Notes: generated from the sequence alone by a model not told the origin. Positions 34,679 through 45,043 are shown, numbered from the whole stretch's first letter. The stretch: DNA of 49,665 bases, filler included, from an uncultured virus (IMG/VR IMGVR_UViG_2049941000_000413) (38 parts of one record of this genome joined end to end with filler, not necessarily neighbours in it); one strand, 5' to 3'. A program made the numbers and translations.

Positions 34679-35634
34679 ATGAAAAATCAATTCTTAGAAT
34701 CGGCAAATAACAGTAGTAACACAACCCTTACAGAGAACGGCGCAATAGCGTTCTCTACAGTTGGTAGTGCCTTAGCAGACCAGTTTGGAAAGGCTGGCTC
34801 GTATCGTGGTCGTGACATCAAANNNNNNNNNNTTTTCAAGGACCAACAAGAATTGTGGGACGAGGACCCAGACAAGGCTCTGAGGTTCATCTTCTATCTC
34901 CGAAACATTACCAGAAAAGTGAAGGAACTGGATGGCAATGTTACAGAGATTACAATGGGTCAAGGGAATCGAGACGAGTCTTTCAAGAGGCTCCTCTGGC
35001 TCGCCAAATACCAGCCAGACACATTCTATAACAATCTCATTATGATTCCACTCGTTGGAACGTGGAAGGACTTGTGGACATTGTTATATTATGACAAGGC
35101 TCTGGGCGTAGATGCCATCAACTATGTGGGACGAGGGAACATCTACCACACATTAATGTTTGGTATGAAGTATGATTCCAGTGTTGACCTCATAAAGAAG
35201 TATATGCCTCGCATACGTGCTGAGAAGAAGTGTACCACAGACTTCTCAGAACTGATGAATCGTTATGCAAAAGAATTTGCTCGTTATATGAAGGTATCAT
35301 ATGGCGAATATAACAAGTTCAAATCAAGTGGTAATGCACATACATTCCAGCAGTTGATATCTAAACAACAATATGATAAACTGAATTGGAATACGATTCC
35401 AGGTAAGGCAATGCTCTTGATGGCGGCATCAAAGTTTCTGGGCAACCACAATCTTTTGGAGCCGTTCTCTAGTTGGGTTGAAAGCACATTGACGGCAAAG
35501 TTTACTGGCTTTGCCTATGACCTCGTTGGCGTTGCACACAACGCTTTTGCTAATGGTCAAGACGCTCTCAAGATTCTCATCAACAAGCAGTTTGATAGAC
35601 TTGTTGACACTGCTAAAGAGAAGGGCGAACAGAC
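34679..35634 (+). CDS. DUF2828-type (TROVE/Ro-like, vWA-associated) protein, 3' truncated
   Basis: LTENGAIAFST, ALRFIFYLRNI, GQGNRDE, GTWKDL, KYMPR. Confidence 0.65.
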
Positions 35635-35765
35635 CCGTGAGCGAATCAAANNNNNNNNNNNNNNNNNNNNNNNNNNNNNNNNNNNNNNNNNNNNTTAATT
35701 AATTAANNNNNNNNNNNNNNNNNNNNNNNNNNNNNNNNNNNNNNNNNNNNGAGACAACGAGAGTT

Positions 35766-35839
35766 GCTGCTATGGAGTAACCGGTTAACTCGTCTGCCTT
35801 TCACGCAGGAGATTACGGGTTCGAATCCCGTTAGCAGTA
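35766..35839 (+). tRNA. tRNA-Glu (TTC), CCA not encoded
   Basis: Acceptor GCTGCTA/TAGCAGT, D arm GAGT/ACTC, anticodon arm TCTGC-CTTTCAC-GCAGG, T arm ACGGG-TTCGAAT-CCCGT. Confidence 0.93.
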
Positions 35840-35915
35840 CACTGGTGAGTACAGGCCACTGAGTAGTGTCCGGGGTAAGCATATTGATGAACCGGTGTAG
35901 TGAANNNNNNNNNNC

Positions 35916-36174
35916 GCAATCGACAACTTTGACAAGATACTTGAGTTTGCTGACCAGCACAAGGATAAGGTTGAGATGCTACTCGGCAATCACGATATGC
36001 CTTACTATAGCAAGAAGTACAAGTCATTCTCAATGTGGCATTGTCGTCACTCTCGCAAACATTGCGATGAGGTCAGAGAAAGGTTTGAGGAACGCAAGGA
36101 TATGTTCAAGATTGCCACAGCCCACGATGATGTTCTGTTCACTCACGCTGGGTGCACACCTGGGTGGTTGAAGA
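35916..36174 (+). CDS. Metallophosphoesterase fragment
   Basis: LLGNHD, LFTHAG. Confidence 0.75.
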
Positions 36175-36274
36175 NNNNNNNNNNNNNNNNNNNNNNNNNN
36201 NNNNNNNNNNNNNNNNNNTTAATTAATTAANNNNNNNNNNNNNNNNNNNNNNNNNNNNNNNNNNNNNNNNNNNN

Positions 36275-36876
36275 CAAATGGAGGTATATTGTTGATTGTG
36301 ATTGCCATCGTTATTGGTATATTCACCATATGGCAAGTCATCGATACAGTAAGCAACCATATGTGGCAGCAACAGGGGATACAAAATTTCCCATTCATCC
36401 ACAAAGGCAAAGTGTTCTGGTACAGTCGCTCGGTTTCTATTGTTTTGTTTACATTCTGCCGAGACGGTGACGGCGACTGGTGCGTTCTTGCCAACAAGCG
36501 GGGACGAATGTCATACGGGGCAGAAGGGCTGTGGAATGCTCCTTGCGGATACCTCGATTTCGACGAGAGTGGAGAGGAGTGCGCACAGAGAGAAACCTTT
36601 GAGGAGACTGGCATTATGGTGCGAGACAAGGACGTGAAATTCGTCGGACTGGATACACATCCAGATGCTAACGGACAGAACATCACGCTTCGCTATTATG
36701 CGACGCTTGGTGGGACTACTGACGAGTACACACCTACATCAGAATATGCAGAACCCAATGAGGTTTTGGAAATTAAATGGATAAAAATTTCAGATATAGA
36801 AAATTATCAATGGGCATTTAAACATAACACGCTCATTGAGAGCATTTCAGAAGAATTAAAGTTGAAAAAGCAATAA
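36275..36876 (+). CDS. Nudix hydrolase with N-terminal TM helix
   Basis: Nudix box GYLDFDESGEECAQRETFEETG; ILLIVIAIVIGIFTIW. Confidence 0.85.
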
Positions 36877-36967
36877 TTTTTTATGAAAATGTTTTGGCAT
36901 ATCAAATATGAGAAGGNNNNNNNNNNNNNNNNNNNNNNNNNNNNNNNNNNNNNNNNNNNNNNNNNNN

Positions 36968-37425
36968 AGAATGATATGGCAAACTTCCAGAGGATAACCG
37001 ATGGAAACGTTGTAATTATGGGGAGGCGAACATTTGAGTCGCTTCCAGACGGACTCCCATTGAAGGGGAGAACAAACATCATACTCACCCAGATAGAAGA
37101 TTATTCAGTAACAGTACCGAAGGACTACGACTGTGACTTGTATATTACACACTCGCTCGAGGAGACCATTGAGTTGTGTGATGCAATGTTTCACGGCAAG
37201 GACTTGTTCCTTATTGGCGGTGGAACCACAATTCTTGTAGCCTGGAACAAAGGACTTATCAGCGAACTGTACCTCACCCTCGTTGACGATGACGCTGATG
37301 GCGATACTGTATTCCCAATGCATATACTGGATAACCCAAAACTAAAATTGACTTTTGAAACCCTTCCTCAGAGAGAGGGTGGCAAGGGAAAACCAAAATT
37401 CATATACAAAATCTATAAAAAGTAA
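36968..37425 (+). CDS. folA: Dihydrofolate reductase (5' truncated)
   Basis: DMANFQRIT, VIMGRRTFESLP, PLKGRTNI, IGGG, DGDTVFP. Confidence 0.9.
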
Positions 37426-37430
37426 CGGAA

Positions 37431-37542
37431 ATGAAACGCTTAATTATTTTGGCGTTGCTAATCTTGTCGGTTGCAACGCACGTGTCTGCACAGTTGTTTA
37501 TGTACAACGGCGACAGCCAGGTGATTTACATTGGTGGTGGAA
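37431..37542 (+). CDS. Secreted protein N-terminus
   Basis: MKRLIILALLILSVATHVSA/Q signal-peptide-like. Confidence 0.55.
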
Positions 37543-37642
37543 NNNNNNNNNNNNNNNNNNNNNNNNNNNNNNNNNNNNNNNNNNNNTTAATTAATTAANN
37601 NNNNNNNNNNNNNNNNNNNNNNNNNNNNNNNNNNNNNNNNNN

Positions 37643-38419
37643 CAATGGTAACCATATCATATTGTATGACAAAGGGAACATCTTGACGATAATGGTAAAT
37701 GATGTGCCCGCAATGTCTGTGATAGGTTCTCGAATAGAGAGTTTTGACAGATTGTATTTTGGTTGCCAGAGGATATTCAGATTGGATTTCAATAAGAAGA
37801 GGGAGGACCCAGAAAGCATTGTCTGTGTCAGTCTCAATGACCGTTCATTGCCCGTTATGAACAGCATCAATGAAGTTTCGGCAACAACATTAAAGTCACT
37901 ACTCAATGAATGTGGCGGAGATGCTTTCGCATTGTGCAAAAGTGATACAGCGTTGGAGAAGTATTTGCTGTGTATAAGTAAGAATGATTTTGATGAAGCC
38001 AGAGAAGTTATGTGTTCTAAAGAATTTGCCAAAGAATACGCACTGGCTCCAAAATACGTAAGCGAGAAGGTGTTTCAAATGTGGGATTCCACACGTTTTG
38101 TCTTTACAAGTGCAACATTATTGCTTACAAGAATTCCATTTGAACATCTGCTTCGTGCTGGAATTCCTCCATCAAAATTCTTAAACGAGTACGATGCGTG
38201 GAGATTTCTTAAACAGTTCCAAAAGATGTTTGAGGTCGGAAGAGGCATTTGTAGTAACAACAAGGAGATGCTGGAGTTTGAAATATCCGTACTAGAGAAA
38301 ATAATGGGCGTGACAGAAAGCAGCGGAACCCTTCAAGAGCGAGTTTACAAAGCAATAGATTCCGTTGCGGAGACGATGAGCAAGTCATACACAGACCGAA
38401 GCGCATGTGGATACTGTGC
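37643..38419 (+). CDS. Hypothetical protein fragment
   Basis: Long open frame. Confidence 0.5.
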
Positions 38420-38489
38420 NNNNNNNNNNGTTTCGTCTCGATGATACTGGCAACAATCTTCTGGTCAATTTATATAACATTCTGCTAAT

Positions 38490-38875
38490 ATGATGAGCGT
38501 ACAAGAAATCTTAGCACGACGTGACGTTAAGTCTGCACTTGCGAACTGGGGGTTCAAAAACGAGAACCTATTGAAACAAACGGCAAAGATGTTCACCAGA
38601 TATCCGAGTTATCTGCCTTGGCTGATGAAGTGTGACTTTTTCACCGAAGAGTCGTTTTCCGAATTTGCAACAGAACTTGCAGATATGGTAAACAATCACC
38701 ACCAGTGGCTCAAGGATATACCTGGCGGTGTGATGTCGTATACCACTGGGGAAGATATGGAGATGCTTAAGGCATACTTCAAAGTGTTCAAGCACTATGA
38801 AGAACTTAAGAAACTTTCATTACTGCTTGTGAAGAAGCAGTCCAATCTCTTGTTGGACCAGCCATTTATGAGGAA
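38490..38875 (+). CDS. Hypothetical protein, N-terminal part
   Basis: ATG plus open frame. Confidence 0.5.
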
Positions 38876-38975
38876 NNNNNNNNNNNNNNNNNNNNNNNNN
38901 NNNNNNNNNNNNNNNNNNNTTAATTAATTAANNNNNNNNNNNNNNNNNNNNNNNNNNNNNNNNNNNNNNNNNNNN

Positions 38976-39469
38976 AGTGTAAACCGTCAAGTTATATGAA
39001 AGCGGAAGCAGAGGGCAGGGGGTCAAGTTCCACTCAAAACGGAGGTTATGGTGCTGGTATTGGTTCGTGGACTGGCGTGAAGACCAAGACTCGCGTCTTG
39101 AATTCAGTGGGTTATGACGCAAACACAAAGATTGAGTCATTACCACTGAATGTGCAGTGCGAGATGGTTGTAAGAGAAATCAACGGTCATATGAAGAAAT
39201 ATTATGACGCATTGAAGCGCACAACCAACATTGAGGACGCTTCGGCAACTGCCATATTCATCACGGGTGGTATCGGTTATGCCCAAAGAGAAGACCCCAA
39301 TGCGTGGAACACACACCCAACTTGGGATTCGGCAGTAAGGACAATGGAAAGATTGGGCACTGCAAACGACAATCGATTTGGATATTCAAAGCACCATCAC
39401 GGGGGTGCGGAAAGACGACTCGCCAAAGCAAAGCAAGTATTGCAAGCGATGGGAGGAAGTGTGGCTTAA
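38976..39469 (+). CDS. Phage tail lysozyme-like C-terminal domain
   Basis: GYGAGIGSWTG, VQCEMVVREI, RRLAKAKQV resemble the Phage_lysozyme2 pattern. Confidence 0.5.
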
Positions 39470-39483
39470 TTTTATTAAATGTT

Positions 39484-40110
39484 ATGTTACAAAATTTCAA
39501 GTTTATAGATTTGTTTTGCGGAATCGGCGGATTCCATCAGGCAATGACATCTCTCGGTGGTGAATGCGNNNNNNNNNNGCCAGTGATGTCGACAAGGAGT
39601 GTCAGAAGACGTATTACGAGAATTATGGTATCAAGCCAGTAGGGGATATTACAAAGGTAAATGCGGAAGACATAGAACCCTTTAACGTGCTGTGTGCCGG
39701 ATTCCCTTGCCAAGCGTTCTCGAATGGGGGAAAGAAACTTGGCTTCAATGACCCCACAAGGGGAACACTGTTCTTTGATGTAATAAGGATAGCGAAGTAC
39801 CACAAACCAGAGTATATGCTTCTGGAGAATGTGAAAAATCTTGCGACGCACGACCACGGAAAGACTTGGGAAGTGATATACAACTCGATACAAGACGCTG
39901 GGTACAATGTACACAAAGACCCAGTCATTTTCAGTCCGCATTACATAGGTATCCCCCAGAACAGGGGAAGGGTTTTTATAATGTGCATTAGAAAAGACCT
40001 TGGAGACATTCCAGAGTTTGTGTTTGAGAAAAAAGACTTGCCCCAATGTTCAATCAACACCGTCCTCCAAGACGAGTCAGAGATAGAGAACCCAGAGAAA
40101 TACCAACTGN
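39484..40110 (+). CDS. Second DNA cytosine-5 methyltransferase (3' truncated)
   Basis: DLFCGIGG, GDI, AGFPCQAFS, ENVKNL, PQNRGR. Confidence 0.93.
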
Positions 40111-40325
40111 NNNNNNNNNNNNNNNNNNNNNNNNNNNNNNNNNNNNNNNNNNNTTAATTAATTAANNNNNNNNNNNNNNNNNNNNNNNNNNNNNNNNNNN
40201 NNNNNNNNNAAATCAATATGATTGTAAAATCAGTCTCAATAATGGCTGGTGACACCCCAGATGACGTTATGAGGAAAATAAAAGAGATAGAAGAATTTAT
40301 TAACAACAATAAAAAATAAAAAGTT

Positions 40326-40607
40326 ATGAGCAAGAATTTTTTAGATGCCGCATATCGAAAAGATGCGTATGAGTTATTGCTAGAAGCAAAAGTCGAGAAG
40401 AAGGAGGCACAAAACCTCATCGCAGTCAAGTATCAGAATGCGTTGTGCGAGTATGCAGTCTCAATATTGTCGCAAGCGACTGACGGAGTACGCAAACGTG
40501 ATTTCGATGGTGCCATATCAGCATTGAAGACAGTAGACGCAATAGGGTTCAAGACCCTCGAGGAACTTCTGACTAAAGCGGGCAGCCTAACCAAGAGCGA
40601 AGAATAA
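40326..40607 (+). CDS. Hypothetical protein
   Basis: Complete ORF, coupled to next. Confidence 0.6.
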   Translation: MSKNFLDAAYRKDAYELLLEAKVEKKEAQNLIAVKYQNALCEYAVSILSQATDGVRKRDFDGAISALKTVDAIGFKTLEELLTKAGSLTKSEE

Positions 40608-40846
40608 TGCATACCGTGTATAACATCTCGGTCATTATTTGCTTAATGGTCGCCGCTTGTGAACTGTTGAGAGATGTGATTAGCGATAAAGACTCAACCT
40701 TGATGGAGTTTGCGACCATCAATTTATTGAGATTTGTTATCGTAATCATTCCCATTTTGAACATTGCCTTTCTTGTGTACATCATTGTGAAAAGGTGGGT
40801 GTCGATAAAGCAAATAAATTGGAAAAGGGTTTTTAAAAATTTATAA
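40607..40846 (+). CDS. Small two-TM membrane protein
   Basis: Two hydrophobic segments, basic C-terminus. Confidence 0.55.
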   Translation: MHTVYNISVIICLMVAACELLRDVISDKDSTLMEFATINLLRFVIVIIPILNIAFLVYIIVKRWVSIKQINWKRVFKNL

Positions 40847-40860
40847 AACTTGTTAAAATA

Positions 40861-40892
40861 TTTGCGTGGTTCAAAAATGTAGTTTACCTTTG
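40861..40892 (+). promoter_or_regulatory. Bacteroidetes-type housekeeping promoter
   Basis: TTTG - 20 nt - TACCTTTG. Confidence 0.75.
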
Positions 40893-40975
40893 CAGAAAAT
40901 TTAAATGATTTCTGATATGGTAAACTNNNNNNNNNNNNNNNNNNNNNNNNNNNNNNNNNNNNNNNNNNNNNNNNT

Positions 40976-41335
40976 TGTTCGGTCAGGTCTTCCGACACCA
41001 GCGAAATGTTCAGCACAAGTCCAGTAGTTGTTCATTGGAACGATAACGGTTTTTTTGTGTGCTCCAGCAGAAGCGTGAGCGACTTTTCCGTCACCTACAT
41101 AGACACCAACGTGGGTAACGTGCCCAGGTGGTCTATTGTTGCTTGTGTTCTTCAGAAAGNNNNNNNNNNNNNNNNNNNNNNNNNNNNNNNNNNNNNNNNN
41201 NNNNNNNNNNNNNNNNNNNNNNNNNNNNGACTTAGTGGAATATCTTGACATACTTTTTGTTGAGCACCACCAGTTCTAGGCAAGTCAATGCCGAAAGCCT
41301 CTTTGTAGACCTTCTTGGTGAAGGCTGAACTGCGG
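40976..41335 (-). CDS. NlpC/P60 family peptidase fragments
   Basis: SAFTKKVYKEAFGIDLPRT, HVGVYVGDGKVAHAS; catalytic Cys not visible at the contig edge. Confidence 0.8.
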
Positions 41336-41441
41336 AATCGGNNNNNNNNNNNNNNNNNNNNNNNNNNNNNNNNNNNNNNNNNNNNTTAATTAATTAANNN
41401 NNNNNNNNNNNNNNNNNNNNNNNNNNNNNNNNNNNNNNNNN

Positions 41442-41534
41442 CATTTCACGAAGAAGGCTGCGACTCTCGAGAATCCGAATAGCCGCCTCCGCAATCATAG
41501 CATTGACATCATTTTCTGTCAGTCTGTATATCAT
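41442..41534 (-). CDS. Protein with LTEND leader (3' truncated, missed by ORF track)
   Basis: MIYRLTENDVNAMIAEAAIRILESRSLLREM; TATTTAT at 41562-41568 upstream. Confidence 0.65.
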
Positions 41535-41583
41535 CTTTTGTTCAAATATGCTATTTTTATAATAAATACATCATTAACATATA

Positions 41584-41628
41584 AAATGGTCTGACGGAAG
41601 TTAAAAAAACAAACTCGCCAGACCATTT
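41584..41628 (-). terminator. Hairpin terminator downstream of the ncRNA candidate
   Basis: Minus strand AAATGGTCTGGCG ... CGTCAGACCATTT followed by TATAT. Confidence 0.7.
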
Positions 41629-41634
41629 ATGAGT

Positions 41635-41734
41635 AAAAGGAGAGCAACCGATGGTTCAGCACGAGCCCCTATTTTATAAAAGTATGAAAAAGTCATCAGC
41701 CTAAGCCTGCTTCAGCGGCATCGCATCACCCTCC
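41635..41734 (-). ncRNA. Candidate ~100-nt structured RNA of unknown family
   Basis: 5'/3' 15-bp stem with 4 G-U pairs and one bulge, 3' UUUU, TATTTAT 5 nt upstream, terminator downstream, intergenic. Confidence 0.6.
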
Positions 41735-41738
41735 GATA

Positions 41739-41745
41739 ATAAATA
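41739..41745 (-). promoter_or_regulatory. TATTTAT motif immediately upstream of the ncRNA candidate
   Basis: ATATTTATTAT then C-GGAGGG start of the stem. Confidence 0.55.
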
Positions 41746-41936
41746 TATACCCAAATTCGTTTATGGACCTATTGGTTCAATTATTCCTCCCTCTATTGGC
41801 GTTTTGTAGTCTTCAAGGTCCTCTTTTTTGTTGAGCNNNNNNNNNNNNNNNNNNNNNNNNNNNNNNNNNNNNNNNNNNNNTTAATTAATTAANNNNNNNN
41901 NNNNNNNNNNNNNNNNNNNNNNNNNNNNNNNNNNNN

Positions 41937-42773
41937 TACCGTGACGATTGTACTCAAATCGTCGAATGTAACCACAATGTTTCGCTTCAACGCCTTGGCG
42001 TTTGGTTCTTGGGACTTAAAAACAAAGTGGTTGCCTTTGTGCGGATAACCAGAAAATATTGCAAGAGATGTAACATCCCTTACTAAACCCTTTCTACTTC
42101 TCTCTTCAACAACCTTACCAAGTTCATTCGTCTTGCATTCAGACTGGTCGTAATGAAGGACTACTTTCACTGACATACTTCCACCACTCGCAGGCAACAA
42201 CACATCGTCTGGCGACACCTCAAGGAACTGGTTGACGGTTGACACTGGTTGCCAGTCAGATATGCCCATATTAGACTGGGTCAGATTAACCGAACAGTTG
42301 AACTTCTCGCCAAGATACGAGAACGTGGCAGTTAGTTTTCCCTTTACTGGGGAATCCTCATTGTTTGGGGAAACAATCAATTTCCCTTGCTTTACAATCC
42401 ACCCAGCAACTGTACTTCTGTATAGTGGGGAAACCTTCCTTTTCTTCAATGGCGATACATCCTCCGAACCGTCAATTCCACGCTCGTGCAGTTTGTACTG
42501 GACTTCGGCGTGAAGGGGAATAGTACCTCCAGTTGAGGGAACAGATTCAATGGATGAGACAGACAATGACTCCACAACCGGATATACCAGCGACACAGAG
42601 CCGTTGGAAACTCGCAACCCAGCAATGATGAAGGGCAATGACTTGCTGTCGTTAAACAAGGGGAAATATTTTCCACAACGCACATCACCGACGGAGACCA
42701 CAGTCTCATCGGAAACAACACGCTTTGGGGAGATTACTCCCGAACATAGAGATGTGAGGTCTTTGAATGTCAT
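41937..42773 (-). CDS. Putative virion protein with Ig/BACON-like beta repeats (3' truncated)
   Basis: SVPSTGGT, LPASGGSMSVKV, VNLTQ; TATTTAT at 42796-42802 upstream. Confidence 0.5.
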
Positions 42774-42804
42774 AACCAATTATAAACTATCATATATAAA
42801 TATG

Positions 42805-42838
42805 AAATGGGACGAATCATAGAAGACTCGTCCCATTT
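42805..42838 (-). terminator. Hairpin terminator
   Basis: AAATGGGACGA / TCGTCCCATTT inverted repeat following an upstream stop. Confidence 0.7.
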
Positions 42839-43061
42839 TTATTCTCCTTTTTTTATAAATTTATCTCACCGTGTAAAACTGCGAACTGTAGGTACACCTT
42901 CTTCCTTATGNNNNNNNNNNACACCTTATCTATATTGCCCCTTTCCGTGACAGTACTGCGTATGTCAGCATCTTTGGCTCTTAGAACCTCTTTGGTTAGT
43001 CCTTGAGTCTCAAGCCATTTAAAAATATCTGCTCTTTTGACGAGTGCATACNNNNNNNNNN

Positions 43062-43601
43062 ATTACACTCTTGCCACCAGAATGTGAGCACCACTGTGTT
43101 GTCCCCAAGAAGGAACGCACGTCCATCAATACCATAATACCTAAGTTCCTCATCCTTATCAAAATACCTTGCGAGTATGGGAATTATGAATTTTTTAAAT
43201 TGTTGTATGGTATCAAACGATGGTTTTAATTTCTCACGAATATAACCCCCAAACAAGTCTTTCCAAACATCTTGTGACACCTCATACGAGTGCGATAGAT
43301 AGTAGTCTAGATTTTCTTTAGTGTCCACTTCATCAAAAAAGAAGTGCACATTGTCTGGGTGATTGTTGGGGAAATAATCTGACATCAATCCTTGGGCGGC
43401 AAAATTACGGATACGCCAGTGGGTGACATCGGGGTCATCATCCGCAATCAAACCATAGTCGTCAGTGTAAATGAAAGTGATGTGTTTATATCTGTCTAGA
43501 AAATGGACCCTTTTACCATTCAGCACAAACCCTTCCCCATCATTAATGCTATTTTGCTCTTTCAACATATCACTCAATTGCAACCATCCATTCATCGTCA
43601 T
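43062..43601 (-). CDS. Hypothetical protein
   Basis: Open frame to the gap. Confidence 0.5.
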
Positions 43602-44400
43602 TTATTTGCTTCTGTGCGCCGTGTGTCAAACCGACAACGTGGTCGAGCGGTTCTTCGTCCGTGTCCACCACGTTGCTAAGTGCCGCCATTCTCTCGACAA
43701 GTGTTCCCCTAAAGAACATCTCGTCAGTTTTCTTCTTGAGCAGTCCATACGCCGCCAGTTTGTCGTACATCATCTTCGCCGCCTTGTCGCTTTCGCCAAA
43801 CGCCAGCATATCCCTCAACTGTGACAGCGATGAGCAAGGAGTAACATCGAATCCGCCAAAGTACAGTCCACCACCAGTGCCGTGGAGGTAAGACCTCTCA
43901 ATCTCAAGGTCTGGTCTGAATGACCGCACTGGGTCATCCTCGTCGATGTGCAAGGTGTACTTGGGACCGTGATTAACGTCGAGCAACAACGCCGTGAGCA
44001 TATTCTCAATCTTGTCGTAAACCCTCGACATATCATCTGGGGGAGTACTTGGAGCATCGTCCACGGTGTCAACTTCTGGCGTATCATCTACAACTGGGGG
44101 AGACACTTCTTTCCCAGAAGGTGGAGTATCATTAACCTCTGGTTCTGGTTGAGGTTCTTCTGTCTCGCCGTTCATAATCCTCTTCGCCTTCTCCAACTCA
44201 ACCTCGGCTTCACGTTCCGTCGACGCAAGACCGCATTCAATAATCGTCGAGACTTTCATTTCAACAAATATATCACACATAGAATCAGCATTACCAGCGA
44301 AATATGCTTTTTTTCTTGAAGATACCTTCGAAGCGGCTTTTTCTGAATGGGAAATGCAAATTACATATGAAGACTCATACCAAAACATCATAAGAGAGCG
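43570..44400 (-). CDS. Hypothetical protein with acidic Pro-rich linker
   Basis: Long open frame. Confidence 0.55.
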   Translation of the reverse strand, partial: RSLMMFWYESSYVICISHSEKAASKVSSRKKAYFAGNADSMCDIFVEMKVSTIIECGLASTEREAEVELEKAKRIMNGETEEPQPEPEVNDTPPSGKEVSPPVVDDTPEVDTVDDAPSTPPDDMSRVYDKIENMLTALLLDVNHGPKYTLHIDEDDPVRSFRPDLEIERSYLHGTGGGLYFGGFDVTPCSSLSQLRDMLAFGESDKAAKMMYDKLAAYGLLKKKTDEMFFRGTLVERMAALSNVVDTDEEPLDHVVGLTHGAQKQINDDEWMVAIE

Positions 44401-44500
44401 NNNNNNNNNNNNNNNNNNNNNNNNNNNNNNNNNNNNNNNNNNNNTTAATTAATTAANNNNNNNNNNNNNNNNNNNNNNNNNNNNNNNNNNNNNNNNNNNN

Positions 44501-44903
44501 TCTTGTTTGCCGCTGGACTGCCACAACTGATGTCGGCGGCTTGTCCTTTCATATGCTGACTGTTCTTCACGCCACCCACAGCGGCATTCAACGCTGGGCA
44601 TCTGTACCCAGAATTGATGTTGTACGGAACTGGGTATTTCGACGCAATTGGGTTGAGCACATTGTCAAGCAACGCTTGCAAGTTCTTCTGCACCTCTGGC
44701 AAAACAAAGTGGTNNNNNNNNNNNNNNNNNTTATCAAGTCATTTACTGTGTGTTTTCCAGTTCCTTCCTTATTGGGAGTCTCAGCAGTGTTCATAAAGTT
44801 CTGTTTGACCATCGGATTGCTTTCGCTCTGGTTCCACGCTTGATTTGTGGGGTTTCCGTACAGTCTCTGGTACAGCGAGTCAAACAGTCTACCGACAGCC
44901 GCA
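44501..44903 (-). CDS. Second Peptidase M15 domain, apparently C-terminal in a longer protein
   Basis: INSGYRCPALNAAVGGVKNSQHMKGQAADI; open N-terminal extension. Confidence 0.8.
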
Positions 44904-45043
44904 NNNNNNNNNNNNNNNNNNNNNNNNNNNNNNNNNNNNNNNNNNNNTTAATTAATTAANNNNNNNNNNNNNNNNNNNNNNNNNNNNNNNNNNNNNNNNN
45001 NNNTGGATTTGTTTTAACGTTCATATAAAAGAGGGGTAAAAGC

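Noticed and set aside
35635..35650. 16-bp repeat CCGTGAGCGAATCAAA shared with 33783-33798
   Set aside because: Contig-terminal copy of internal coding sequence; same chimera pattern
35840..35904. Theta (HDV-like) or hammerhead ribozyme after the tRNA
   Set aside because: No G-initiated P1 or UCC-type L3; UUGAUGA...GAA has only a 2-bp stem II and is cut by the gap
41660..41730. Fluoride riboswitch or hammerhead ribozyme (GGUGAUG...GCUGAUGAC; CUGAUGA)
   Set aside because: The fluoride pseudoknot complement is missing and no GAAA follows a stem II
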